A stretch of DNA of 63,370 bases, counting the filler, from Lenisia limosa (lineage: Eukaryota > Protista > Breviatea): the NCBI GenBank assembly GCA_001655205.1. It is 15 parts of 15 records of this genome, joined end to end, with 100 filler letters (N's around TTAATTAATTAA, not from the genome) between each part and the next. Parts side by side here need not be neighbours in the genome. Positions count along the whole stretch, not along the records: positions 30,321 to 38,711 come from LPNZ01010834.1; positions 38,812 to 42,314 come from LPNZ01005742.1; positions 42,415 to 47,528 come from LPNZ01008845.1; positions 47,629 to 54,246 come from LPNZ01011199.1; 11 more parts are not named here. One strand, written 5' to 3'. Of the stretch, positions 36,207 to 47,707 are shown one piece after another. Position 1 is the first letter of the stretch. Each line of letters opens with the position of its first letter. The notes below the pieces were generated by a model, which was not told where the DNA came from, did not search any database, and saw only the letters and a list, made by a program, of their open reading frames with translations. Position numbers and translations under genes: made by a program.

Positions 36207-38710
36207 ATGGAGAAGGATGAGAGAATCAGGGCACGTAGAGCCCGAATCGAAGCAGACTTTGCTGCCAAACAGCAGGCCATGAACGGGGATGGTACGCATT
36301 GGCTGTGTCTATGTTAAAAAGCAAGGCTCTGGAACCTGAATGCTCATATTTTAGACGGAAGGTACAAAAGGAAGCCGACTGAGTCCGATAAACCTGTCAA
36401 AACAGCTTCAGAAGTCCAAATATCGCAGAGTCGTAACCGTATTGAGAAGATTAGAGTGAGCTTTATACTTTTTGACATTCTCCTATCGGACACAGCGACG
36501 TGTCATCACTTAAAATGATGTTTTATTTGTATTAGGCGGCTGGTGAAGAACAGATTTCCATGATTCGTGTCAGTGGGGACATGAGAGAGAACCAGAGACG
36601 AGTGGAGGAAGAAACAAAGAAAAAAATGCAGAAACAGTGGCTTGAAGAAGATTCTGAACGTTCTGAAGCTATCAATGCAAGCATTGCAATGAAGTGGCCC
36701 GAGTTGTATCAGTTAACTACTCCCCAAGCTCTCCTCAAGGTCTGCCCCTGACTCATATAACCTTAAATACTATTTCAGGCTGTTGAGCATCAACGTGGTA
36801 TGTGTGATGACGTTCTCGCTGGAAAGGACGAGTTGATCAGGGCATATCACCAGGAGCTGAAGGCCCTTGACGATGCTTATGTCAAGAGTCTCAAACACAA
36901 TGCTGATGATATTGGTTTGCATTTGGGGAGCTTTTTTATCGGTGACCGTTGTTTTTAATTTGGGGCGTTTGTTTTTTCTTCTTTTTTTTCGACTTTCATG
37001 GTTGTAGACCAGCTTCTTGAAAAAATGAGCTCAATGGTGGGTGAAGTGTTTCTAGGTAAAGATTAATTTGACGCTATACAAGTTGTGTTAATGCAATGTC
37101 AAAGTTAAGATGACGTACTTTTCTTTCTCGATGATATAATGGTACCTTTGAAAGATGTGATCTTTAAAACACCCCGGATTATTCTTACAAATGGTGTTAA
37201 GGTACCCTCATTTCGTCGAATTTAATTCGCATTGTAACCCTGCAGATGTCAGAGTTGAACGTGGCCCACAAGGAAGAACTCAAGCAAATTGAATCCGTGT
37301 TAGCCCAGACCAGAAAGGAGGTTCTTGAAAAGTTGGCTGCATCTTCAATCACTCTATTTCTTGGACGGAAAATAACACAGCATGAAGAAGTACCAAATTA
37401 TACTCATTTGGAGGAATAAATTAAAAATAAACACTCCCCAAAGTTGGGTGCTACTTCTTCGATTATACAATGGAGAAAGCAACTGTACATAAAAATGAGA
37501 AATAAATATTGGTAGTGTCTGGTTGAAGCCATTTATACATGTACACCACCACGCATATTAGAGCTATTAGATTATTATAGTAATACAACTCACTGGTGAG
37601 TAAGAAATAGCACTCGGTTGATGAGTGACTTAAAAAATCGCCATTTATTGTTTATTTTTCAGGAATCGTATTGAAATGGACAATTTGTTTGAGAAGCGCC
37701 GAGCCTTGGAGGTTAAATTTATGGATGCTCGTCAGGAGAGAATGGAGGAAAATGCGCAACAAGTTTGGGGGTGGTTTTGCGATGTAGTTTAACAGATTGG
37801 GTCAATTTGGCCGTTGTGTTTTTTGTTTTGTACATTCCCACAACATGGGTTTTTTTGTTTTATTTTTTGCCCCTCTCGTAGTCAGCTATTTGATGAGTTT
37901 GAGTCACTGATTGATTGTTTCTATTCATTCAATTTTTTGCCCCAAATCACCCCATAGTTGGCCAACTTACGAACAAACGACGGTGAAGTCCACGCTGTGC
38001 TAAAAATCAAACTTGAAACTGAAATCCAAAACCTCGAGCAGCAACTTCAGGCTGTGGGAAGGGGTCGATTCTAATACGATACGATGATTCCTGGTTTTTT
38101 CTCTTTACCCCCCCACCCCCTTAGACCTCCGAATTTATTTCCAGCCCATAAATGTATCTCCTTTTCCTTGACCATCCAGATGCGAGCCACTTACCAATTA
38201 AATACTGAGAAGTTGGAGTACAATTTCTCTGTTTTGACTGAACGTGACGCCGAAAACAGCCATACCATCGCGCAGCATAAGAGGAAACTCGCTCGTTTGA
38301 CTGTTGGGGGGGGGGGGGGNNNNNNNNNNNNNNNNNNNNNNNNNNNNNNNNNNNNNNNNNNNNNNNNNNNNNNNNNNNNNNNNNNNNNNNNNNNNNNNNN
38401 NNNNNNNNNNNNNNNNNNNNNNNNNNNNNNNNNNNNNNNNNNNNNNNNNNNNNNNNNNNNNNNNNGACATAATTTTAGTAATCAAAGGTTTTGTGCGGCT
38501 AAACCGTTGATACAATGACAGATAAATTCCCCTTGCAGAGTGTTCATGCCTTTCCGGCATAGGTTCATGATGAATGACGTCGATCAAAGCCATCATTAAC
38601 ATATCCTTTTAGGACGTGCTATCGGGTCTCATGGCGAAGTACCAAACCCAGGACAATCAGTATAGACAGGAGAATATGGACCTCACAGATGAGTACAAAC
38701 GGATTACTGA
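36207..38710 (+). CDS. DRC1: Dynein regulatory complex subunit 1 (CCDC164), 3' partial
   Basis: [96 protein letters not shown] over 10 exons. Confidence 0.95.
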
Positions 38711-38888
38711 GNNNNNNNNNNNNNNNNNNNNNNNNNNNNNNNNNNNNNNNNNNNNTTAATTAATTAANNNNNNNNNNNNNNNNNNNNNNNNNNNNNNNNN
38801 NNNNNNNNNNNACCCCCCTGCCCCTGACAAGAATCACCCTGCCTCCCCACTCCCTCCTCCATATAATACCTGAAATGAGTGACACCTA

Positions 38889-38981
38889 GGGCTTCACTTC
38901 GGTTCAAAAATACTGGTAAAATATCGATAGTTTTCGAAGTTTTATCGAGAAATTCATTTTTTTTTGAACCGAAGTGAAGCT
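38889..38981. mobile_element. Family A MITE
   Basis: TA-GGGCTTCACTTCGGTTC...GAACCGAAGTGAAGC in a tubulin intron. Confidence 0.87.
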
Positions 38982-39002
38982 TAAAAGAGTTACACCCCGA
39001 AC

Positions 39003-41236
39003 CTGAAAAGAGTCACATGCCTCGGCCTGCTTCCGAATTTCTTCATTGGCTTTCTCAGCAAAACCTTTACAATCGTACCTGAAGGGGGGATAAAAAAAGG
39101 GGATTGCTGGAAGGTTATTGGTGGGTGGATGAGGTGAAGGGGTTGCTCCGATCAAATCAGCGTATACGATATTGGGGGGGACTAATTTGCTAATATTTTC
39201 TTACTCATAACAAAACAAACCTACAGGTATCTTCCACGAGCGAAAAGATGGCCTCCATCGTCATTGCCTGATGGAGTTATTGGACAGGACCCAAATGGAG
39301 GATTTCTCGCCCGAAATTTTGCTCTGATAAATATATCACACACTATATGTATACATACAAATATTTTCTATTAAAAAGGAAGAAACATTCCAATTGAACT
39401 CCACCTACAACTGTATGTCCCCTCTCCCTCTAATCAAACCAGGACTTCCCTGCTGTCCGAAAAAGACCGAATCGATATTTTACCCGCCTTTTTTTTCGAA
39501 ACGAAGCTCATCCTACCAAGTACTATTTGGCTGCTTTGAATATACTCCTTGTTCTGTCCAAAAAGAGGAGACCCATAAGCGTCCATGTCCAGGAATACTG
39601 GGAGGGGGGGGGGGTAAAATTGGAAAATCTAAGAGACANNNNNNNNNNNNNNNNNNNNNNNNNNNNNNNNNNNNNNNNNNNNNNNNNNATCTAAGAGACA
39701 GAAAAGCCCAAATGTAAAAGTGGAAAATTGACAAAACAACAACGCACAAAATCAACTTTGTTGCTGACAACACACGAGGGTGGTTAAGAACAACAGAACA
39801 AACAAAACCCAAGCCAGTCGCTTCTGGTGAATCGAAATAAAAAACCAACATTATAAGACGGGCGAGGGATTATTGTCTAAAAACAATATCCCACTATATA
39901 TCAATAATATTTCCATTGATTTCATTTTCGTAATGCAGACTATATCAACAAACACACCTGCTCTAGGGGCATATTGTCCATCTTCATGCTCGTTAAAAAC
40001 AGTATCTAGACCCTGAAAAAATAAATAAAGTCATATAGCTATCTCAAGATTTTTCGAATATTTAGTCTTTTTTGAACTAAAAGTGAGATTCTAGAACAAA
40101 TTCTCGATAACGTTGATAAAATACCCGATAATTCCGAGTTTCACTTTTTATCCCTCACTTATAAAAAATTCACTCTTTTTGTCACTAAAATCTAAGTTCT
40201 AATAATAAGCTGATCGGGTTCCAAGTACGTAACATGCTTTTTAAAAAGATTCCCAGTAGGAATGAGAAGAAATATATTCTTTAATAGTTAAACAAACGCC
40301 CAATTATTCAAGGACCCAAATCAACACTGTTAGTTAACATTTCTAAACATATTTTCTTCCCAGCTACCTCATTATCGCTGTAGCAAGACTTCGTGCCATC
40401 TTTCTCAATACCATGTTCAGCACTGTCAGAGGTTAGAAATACAAGAAAGGGGTACCAAAAAAGGTGATATCTGACATAGAAAGATAATAGTGAGACAATA
40501 TCCCGTAACATTTCAGCACATAGCTGTATTTAGCTCATTTTGGACTAGGCTATATTTGGGTAAATACAAGCCTGACGTTGTTTTAAAAGGTTAATTACTA
40601 TATTTAAGCGTTGTATTAATAGATAAAGAGAGGTAAAAGCCTCTTTGATGAAGAGAGAACAAAAGTATTCAACTAAATCCACCTCCCGAGCAGGATTTAG
40701 CTTAGTACAAAATGAGTTAAATAAAGTTAATTACTGAAATGTTACGCGCTTCAGGTGCTTTGATACGCGGGGGGGGGGGGGGNNNNNNNNNNNNNNNNNN
40801 NNNNNNNNNNNNNNNNNNNNNNNNNNNNNNNNNNNNNNNNNNNNNNNNNNNNNNNNNNNNNNNNNNNNNNNNNNNNNNNNNNNNNNNNNTCACACGGTTT
40901 TCCCCCACCTGTATTGAGTCCAAATGGCGCCTCCGGTCTCAATGCCCGCTCTTCCGACACTAAACAAATTTTGATTAATGAAAAAGGTGGCAAGAAACGC
41001 TGGATATTCAATAGGAAAGTTGTATCGGGGATTCAAAGCGCAATTATTTTCCACCGTAAAGTTCTCAGAATATACTTGAGAGCAGTCTGCTCAACTGCCC
41101 CGTAAGAGGAAATGTGTCAAATTTAGATGAAGGGAGAAAGCTTGAATATCCATTGAAATATGACACCCCACAATTCGTCAAATTTACATGAACATTATCA
41201 ACCAGCTTACTGGAGTGAGATGTACTGGGGAGCCAT
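39003..41236 (-). CDS. Highly divergent alpha-like tubulin, 3' partial
   Basis: Exons 41236-41211, 40959-40909, 40422-40368, 40012-39958, 39597-39517, 39267-39225 and 39078-39003 give MAPQYISLHVGRAGIETGGAIWTQYSAEHGIEKDG...TVFNEHEDGQYAPRAVFLDMD...IVLGNDDGGHLFARGRYLYD...EEIRKQAEACDSFQ, colinear with tubulin. A possible next exon at 38869-38851 reads VLYGGG. Confidence 0.88.
39598..39826 (-). repeat. Family B copy ending at tubulin acceptor
   Basis: Reverse-complement match interrupted by a gap; the exon begins at 39597. Confidence 0.82.
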
Positions 41237-41551
41237 TTGTCAAAGGGAACAAAAAAAAAAACTCCTTATTCGACGTTCCTGATTTTGTCGTTTCCTCCTT
41301 CTTATTTGTTGGCAATCACTCTTTGTTATTACAAGGCAAGTAGATCGAAATTCCAAAAATCTGTCACACTTTTAAGTATAGAAACTTTTCGATATTTTTC
41401 GAAATATATCTCTGTCACTTTTTCCATTTTTCTGCCTCTTCGTTTTGCGTTTTGTCTCATGTTCTGAAACTTTAATTGAAAGCTAAATATATATTGCCGA
41501 ATAAGTTGGCTCTATCATGCAACAGTGACGTGTTTCTCGTTCTAAATCATC

Positions 41552-41773
41552 ATGGAGCTTAAACAGGGACCTGTAAAGGTCCCCAAATCAGTTGAACATG
41601 CAAGAAAACATCGGCAGCTTGCAGAGAACTACCAAAAGACTCTTCTCAACATTACCTCCTCTTCCCAAGACCAATCAGCGCAACCTTCTCCCGTTCCCTC
41701 CCCTACCCCTATCACTGCAGCTGTTCCTGCAGCTTCTGCGCTGAGTCCGTCTGATATTGCCCAGGTCTTCCAG
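41552..41773 (+). CDS. Hypothetical protein first exon, head-to-head with the tubulin
   Basis: ATG-initiated MELKQGPVKVPKSVEHARKHRQLAENYQKTLL...IAQVFQ ending at donor GTATGT. Confidence 0.5.
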
Positions 41774-42414
41774 GTATGTCATTTCACTCACCGTCTCTAT
41801 CAAACAAATCAATGAAGGCAATTCTTTTGATTGCGATTCTTCAAGGTTGTTAGTGGCCGTAATCTTTCTTATCACCTATTTTAGTTTTCTTCTAATTTCA
41901 ATTGTTGCTCATATACCTCACAATCTTCATTCTGAGAGAATTGTTCATTTTACCCCGTGAAAGAGCGCATGGTGTGCCACCTTAGGCTGGCTCTTGGCTT
42001 CTTCCTCTTCTCCTATTCCTCCAACACCCTGCTATTCCCAACTCTTCCTACTATTCCNNNNNNNNNNNNNNNNNNNNNNNNNNNNNNNNNNNNNNNNNNN
42101 NNNNNNNNNNNNNNNNNNNNNNNNNNNNNNNNNNNNNNNNNNNNNNNNNTGTCTGATACTTTGTGTTATCTGAATGTTTTGTTTCCTCTCTTTTGCTTCT
42201 TAATTCAAAAACTGTATTTTAACGCTGGAGTGATAGGATGTGGTAGTGCAGAAGCGACTGGCTTGAGATTTGTTTATTTGTTATTATCAACCTTTGTGTG
42301 TTGTCAGCCAACTGNNNNNNNNNNNNNNNNNNNNNNNNNNNNNNNNNNNNNNNNNNNNTTAATTAATTAANNNNNNNNNNNNNNNNNNNNNNNNNNNNNN
42401 NNNNNNNNNNNNNN

Positions 42415-45400
42415 TTCGGTACACGTAGCGTTTTGGAAAGGGTACAGACAGTTACACTAGAACTCGGGTGGAGTGCTGCCCTGAACGCAGGTACCTCCAT
42501 TCTCACACTAAAAAGTCACCAAAGACTTTGGCTCAATTTTTTCAAAGGCATTGATTCTAGACAAGGGAAACAAATACACATTGGGACCATATGATTAGGG
42601 CTTCACTTCGGTCCGAAAAAGACTGGTAAACTATCGAGGATTTATCGAAAAATTCAGTCTTTTTTCGAACCGAAGTGAGGTCCTACATATGATATAAGAA
42701 GTCTTGCGAGATAGTTTAAAGCTAATATTCAGAAAAGAAAATCGTAATAAAAAGTTGGAGATTGAATNNNNNNNNNNNNNNNNNNNNNNNNNNNNNNNNN
42801 NNNNNNNNNNNNNNNNNNNNNNNNNNNNNNNNNNNNNNNNNNNNNNNNNNNNNNNNNNNNNNNNNNNNNNNNNNNNNNNNNNNNNNNNNNNNNNNNNNNN
42901 NNNNNNNNNNNNNNNNNNNNNNNNNNNNNCGGCCGTGGCGTTTCGGCTTCCGAAAAAGGTTTCGCAGCCGGTTCCGTCGGCCCACGCACAACCATCCGGA
43001 TGAACTAAACACGCCACGCAGCTCTCTGGCCAACAAACGGGCAGAGCAGTGACGTTAACCGACGAAAAGACCAAGCCATCCAAGAGAAAGTCGAGAGTGT
43101 AGTTGCCGGGCTGACTCATTGAAACCGTGCCGGAGTACGAGCCGTTGTTATGGTCAGAGAAAACGGCGTTAATGGTCCCGGGGCCGGAGGCAACAAGTAC
43201 TGACACGTCATCACCGCCACTCACCCTGGCGTCTCCCCCAGGAAGATTCGAGAATGTTGTTATGAAGACCGTGAAGAGTCGAACCGCGGCCCCGGATAGG
43301 GATGTCGTCATTTCGGTTAGGCCGAGATTAGAGGAGCAGGCTTCAGGACAGAAGCTGCAGCGTTGATCCGAGCCACGACAATTGGCCAGACCCGTGACGT
43401 TGATAAAGGTTACTGGCTCGGAGTTAACAAAGACTTCAATCTGCGAGAATCCCTCTGTCAACGCCAAGATCAAAATTTCATACGTGCCGTCGTCATTATC
43501 GATGAAAGTGGTGTTACAAGCCCCAGCAACCGTGGTGGTAGCGATGACGTCACCACCAAAGGAGCGTTGGAGGCCGGATGGCGCAAACATTGTTACTCGG
43601 ACGCGCACATTTGGACCAGTCGCATTGGCTTGGATTGCCTCGGATGAGAATGTTGTGAGTGACGGGACGGCTTGACAGGCTTCGGCACAAACGGAGCAGA
43701 CCCAGCTGTATTGGTCCGACATAGTGCAGGTTTCAATTACCTGCGGCGTAAATTAGCGTGTGATAATTGTTGTTTGTGGTCTCCCTCTGTCTTCTTTTTT
43801 GTATCCCAGGAGTGTATTGAATGATTTTCTGATCAATATTGAATCCTATGGTAGAAAGTGGTGAGTAGCGCTTCCCAAAAGTCCGAATAAAAAGCCCGGT
43901 AAAATATCGATATTTATCGAAGATTTATCAGCGGTCTTTTTGGAAGCCCTAGTGGTGAGTCATCCAGAATGTTAATTTCTCGATAAAATCATCGAAATAT
44001 ATCAATACTAACCGTTGAGCCAACAGAGTTGATTCTGGTTTTTGGTTTCAAAATTTCCATTTATATNNNNNNNNNNNNNNNNNNNNNNNNNNNNNNNNNN
44101 NNNNNNNNNNNNNNNNNNNNNNNNNNNNNNNNNNNNNNNNNNNNNNNNNNNGTGGCAGTGAAGGAGTATAGACCCCCAGTGGAGGCGGTAACGTATACGC
44201 CGTAGGTGCCGTCACCGTTGTCTGGAAGGGGTTATTCTTATTATTATCATCTCTGAAAAATATAATATATGTCTGGGTGACTTACTTATTACCATACGAT
44301 ATTTTACTGTCAAGAAGCGTTATTCTTACTACCATGAAAAGTTGCATAATATATTTATTGTCAGCAAGGAGAGATCTTACTACCATGAAAAGTTGAAAGT
44401 TGTTGTTAGTTTAATAGTACCCCTCCCCCCAACCAGTGAAATAAGTCCAGAGTACCCCTCACACCAGTGAAATAATAGTCCAAAGTACCCGGGCCAGACA
44501 CCTTCTGGACAACGATATTGTCACCACCTGCTTTGCGCGGCGCATTGTTGCCAAGCTCGCTGACAGCTTGGAAGCTGTAGTGCACGGCAATGCGCGACCA
44601 GACCTCGGAAACTGGCTCGGATGTGAAGACGGACGCGGCGGCGTTGGTGGTACACGCGCCTGGGCAGGAGCCGCAATCCTGGTCCGCTATGAGACACTNN
44701 NNNNNNNNNNNNNNNNNNNNNNNNNNNNNNNNNNNNNNNNNNNNNNNNNNNNNNNNNNNNNNNNNNNACAATATTGTTTTCTGAAGGGTCAAAGGTGAAG
44801 AAGCGACAGGCTGAACAAAAATCACAAATTTGATGACAGCTTATTTCGAGCCTATCTTAACAATTTCGCTTGAAAAGTATTCCAAAAGATAGCTACGAGT
44901 TATAGAAAGTTGTTTCCGCTATGTAAACTCCCGAAATTCGAAACCTGTCAAAGATGTTAATAAAATACTGGTTGTTGAATACTCCGTTGTTTTTCCATAT
45001 ATAAGGCAAGTCCTTTCGGTTGTGACAAAAAATTTTACAGGAAAGTGTTGATTTGTATCTGCAACTTGCTTATTTAGCCTTGGATTCCACTAAATTGTTA
45101 CTTGAGTCGTTTATATTGGTCACTAACTTTTTTAGTTGGAAAAAGGCATGTAATTCATCCGAAATGTTGTGCGTGGAATTTTTTTTTTGAAAAACTCAAA
45201 ACTACCCAGAAATTGAATGTGGTATGAAAACTGGGCTAAAAATTGGTTTATGTGGCTTTAAAACTCAAAATAACAATTAACGACCTAATTCAGGACCGCG
45301 AGCATATATTCGTAGGGGGTGCTTCTCAAAAAAAGTATATCAATTTGTAGATAATTAAGTTTTGTAAGACATAATCGAATACAGCAACTAAAAGTTGAAC

Positions 45401-46246
45401 CTTGACCAGCTTGGAAACTGGTTTCTCTGTATTACATTATATCATCAAGTCATAGAAGACAAAACCTCAAGTCTTAAAGGAGTTGTTCTTTGAAGACCTT
45501 AAGTCTTAAAGGAGTTTGTTCTTTGAAGACAAAACCTTAAATCTTAAAGGAGTTGTTCTTTGAAGACAAAACCTCAAGTCTTAAAAAAAAGAGTTTGTTC
45601 TTTGAAGACAAAACCTTAAATCTTAAAGGAGTTGTTCTTTGAAGACAAAACCTCAAGTCTTAAAGGAGTGTTCTTTGAAGACAAAACCTTAAGTCTTAAA
45701 GGAGTTTGTTCTTTGAAGACACAACCTTAAGTCTAAAAGGAGTTGTTCTTTAAACGATCTGGCCGAAGCCGTCCATCACGCTTATAAGAGTGAAGTATCT
45801 CAGGTTGATTACGCAAATTTCGTCACATTCTCTTTCATAGCAGAAAAAGCATTTCATTACCAAAAGTATGAAAGAGTGAAGCAAAAATGAGCAGAGCTTA
45901 ATTGTCATATTCAATAGTGATTACTACAAAGTGCAGCATGCTGAGGAGGTACGCAGATAGCTGTGTACAGAGATTTGTCGGCAAATGATTGGATGAATTA
46001 ATATTATACTTATACAATATCTACAACCTCGGATAACAATAGCCAGAACACTTGTATGTTGTATTGGGTGATCTCTTCTACTTAAAGAAGGGACGCTTAC
46101 TTTGGTCAGGCTCCACTGCATTCTAAAGATATTAGCTTAGGGATGTCCTTTTGTTGGCATCATACCGCGGAAGAAGCCATCTGCAGAGAAATACACCATA
46201 CGAACAACAGCCAGAAGATGAGCTTGTCCGCGGAATACCATCGCAT
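42415..46246 (-). CDS. Secreted/surface protein with filamin-type Ig-like repeats, Cys-rich linkers and EGF domain (3' partial)
   Basis: Signal-peptide exon 46246-46166 (MRWYSADKLIFWLLFVWCISLQMASSA). Repeats GGDNIVV..DNGDGTYGV, DNDDGTYEI and DHNNGSYSGT..SQPGNYTL. EGF exon 42507-42415 reads CENGGTCVQGSTPPEF*CNCLYPFQNATCTE, with an in-frame TAG. Confidence 0.8.
42598..42683. mobile_element. Family A MITE
   Basis: TA on both flanks. Another copy at 47452-47528 is cut by a gap. Confidence 0.87.
45454..45752. repeat. Minisatellite, ~37-bp unit x ~8, intronic
   Basis: Unit GAAGACAAAACCT(C/T)AAGTCTTAAAGGAGTTGTTCTTT, head-to-tail with no unique spacers. Confidence 0.9.
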
Positions 46247-46471
46247 TGTGATTTTCAGTCTTATATAAAGAATTCAAAGCTTATCCTCCCTATAGGTCAA
46301 ATTCACCCGGGAAAAAGCAACTTCTTAAGGGTGATTATCATTACTTCTGAACATATTCTCAAATATTTAGTAATTTAATAATAAAAACTGGTCGTTTAAC
46401 TAGTTGGCGTTGAGTTGGCGAACAGCGAAAAGTGCTGAAAAGTGAAAAAGTGGTGGGGATGCGGTGGGACA

Positions 46472-47370
46472 TGGCCTCATCAGTCCAGGTGACTTGTGAC
46501 TGACTCAAACTCAGCCAGAACTCAGCTCCTCCAAAGCTACTTCAAATTGACTCCAAAAAAGCAAAAAAAAGCTGCAAAAAGCAACCTGTAATACTGGCTC
46601 CAAATTGGCTCTGTTATAAATTTTATGAGCTCCTGGAATATTGACCAGACTCCGCGACTTTTTTATGTGGTGAAGTGCAATATTAGGAGCGAGGCCCCCT
46701 ACCCTGGTAGAACGAATTACACAAAAACTAAAGTACATATACCACTACAGTAAAGGAAAGGAAAGAGCTAATTCTTAGAGGGGCTGAGCATAGTCTCCAG
46801 CTGGGTTTTGAGCTGAACATTTGTTCGCTTGAGGAAGGCTGGGGGGATAACTTGACAAAGAGGCCAATCATAAAACATGACTTTTACGTAGTTTTCGCAC
46901 AAAAGAGCTATAATCACCCTAAGGCAAATGATTTACTATAAGTATATAAACCAATATCTTAAAAGCGTGATGGACGGCTTCGGCCAGATGCAACTTTTTT
47001 TTTTATTATTTCTCATTGCTATAATATTGCATCTATAATCCATCCCCCCTCATACCAACTTCCTCGCTGTGTCTCTTGTCGTCAAGTGCTCTCCTCTCAG
47101 CCTCACGCCTCTCAATTGCTTCAACCTGAAACGGTGGTCAACAAGGAGTTTTGTACCCACCCATTCATTTGCTAACAACTCTGTGCATACAGCACTTTCG
47201 CCTGTCATAATATCCATATTTACCGAGGTTTTTCGAGAAATCCATCTTTTTTGGAACATAAAAAACTCACGTCAATCCCCACAGACCTTTGCCCGAAGGT
47301 CTCCAACTTGTCTCTCCAAATCACGTCGCTCAGCCTCCACAGTCTCAAGCTGGGATATGAAAACAAGGGG
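46472..47370 (+). CDS. Possible hypothetical protein, 5' exons
   Basis: Candidate exons MASSVQ / NSAPPKLLQIDSKK / GAEHSLQLGFELNICSLEEGWG / DLCPKVSNLSLQITSLSLHSLKL. Chain tentative. Confidence 0.3.
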
Positions 47371-47707
47371 AAACAATAAGTTTCATTACAGCCCTCTACG
47401 AATGACACTATCTTGTTTCACAGAGCTTTCTTCGTTTTACACCCTTTTGTAGGTCTTCACTTCGGTCTGAAAAAGACCAAAAAAATATCGATAGTTTACG
47501 AGGATTCATCGAGAAATTCGGTCTTTTTNNNNNNNNNNNNNNNNNNNNNNNNNNNNNNNNNNNNNNNNNNNNTTAATTAATTAANNNNNNNNNNNNNNNN
47601 NNNNNNNNNNNNNNNNNNNNNNNNNNNNGTGTGTTATCAGCTAGAGTTGATTTTTTTGCTTTTTTTTTTTGCTTTATAAATTTTCCAATTTACCCCCCCC
47701 CCCTCAG

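Noticed and set aside
39221-39230. Apparent in-frame TAG or non-canonical donor in the tubulin (AGA TAC CTG TAG)
   Set aside because: A canonical phase-2 donor CT|GTAGGT restores the frame (GRYLYD), so it is not evidence for recoding.
45454-45752. CRISPR-like array of ~37-bp repeats
   Set aside because: Units are head-to-tail with no unique spacers, there are no cas genes, and it lies in a eukaryotic intron. It is a minisatellite.
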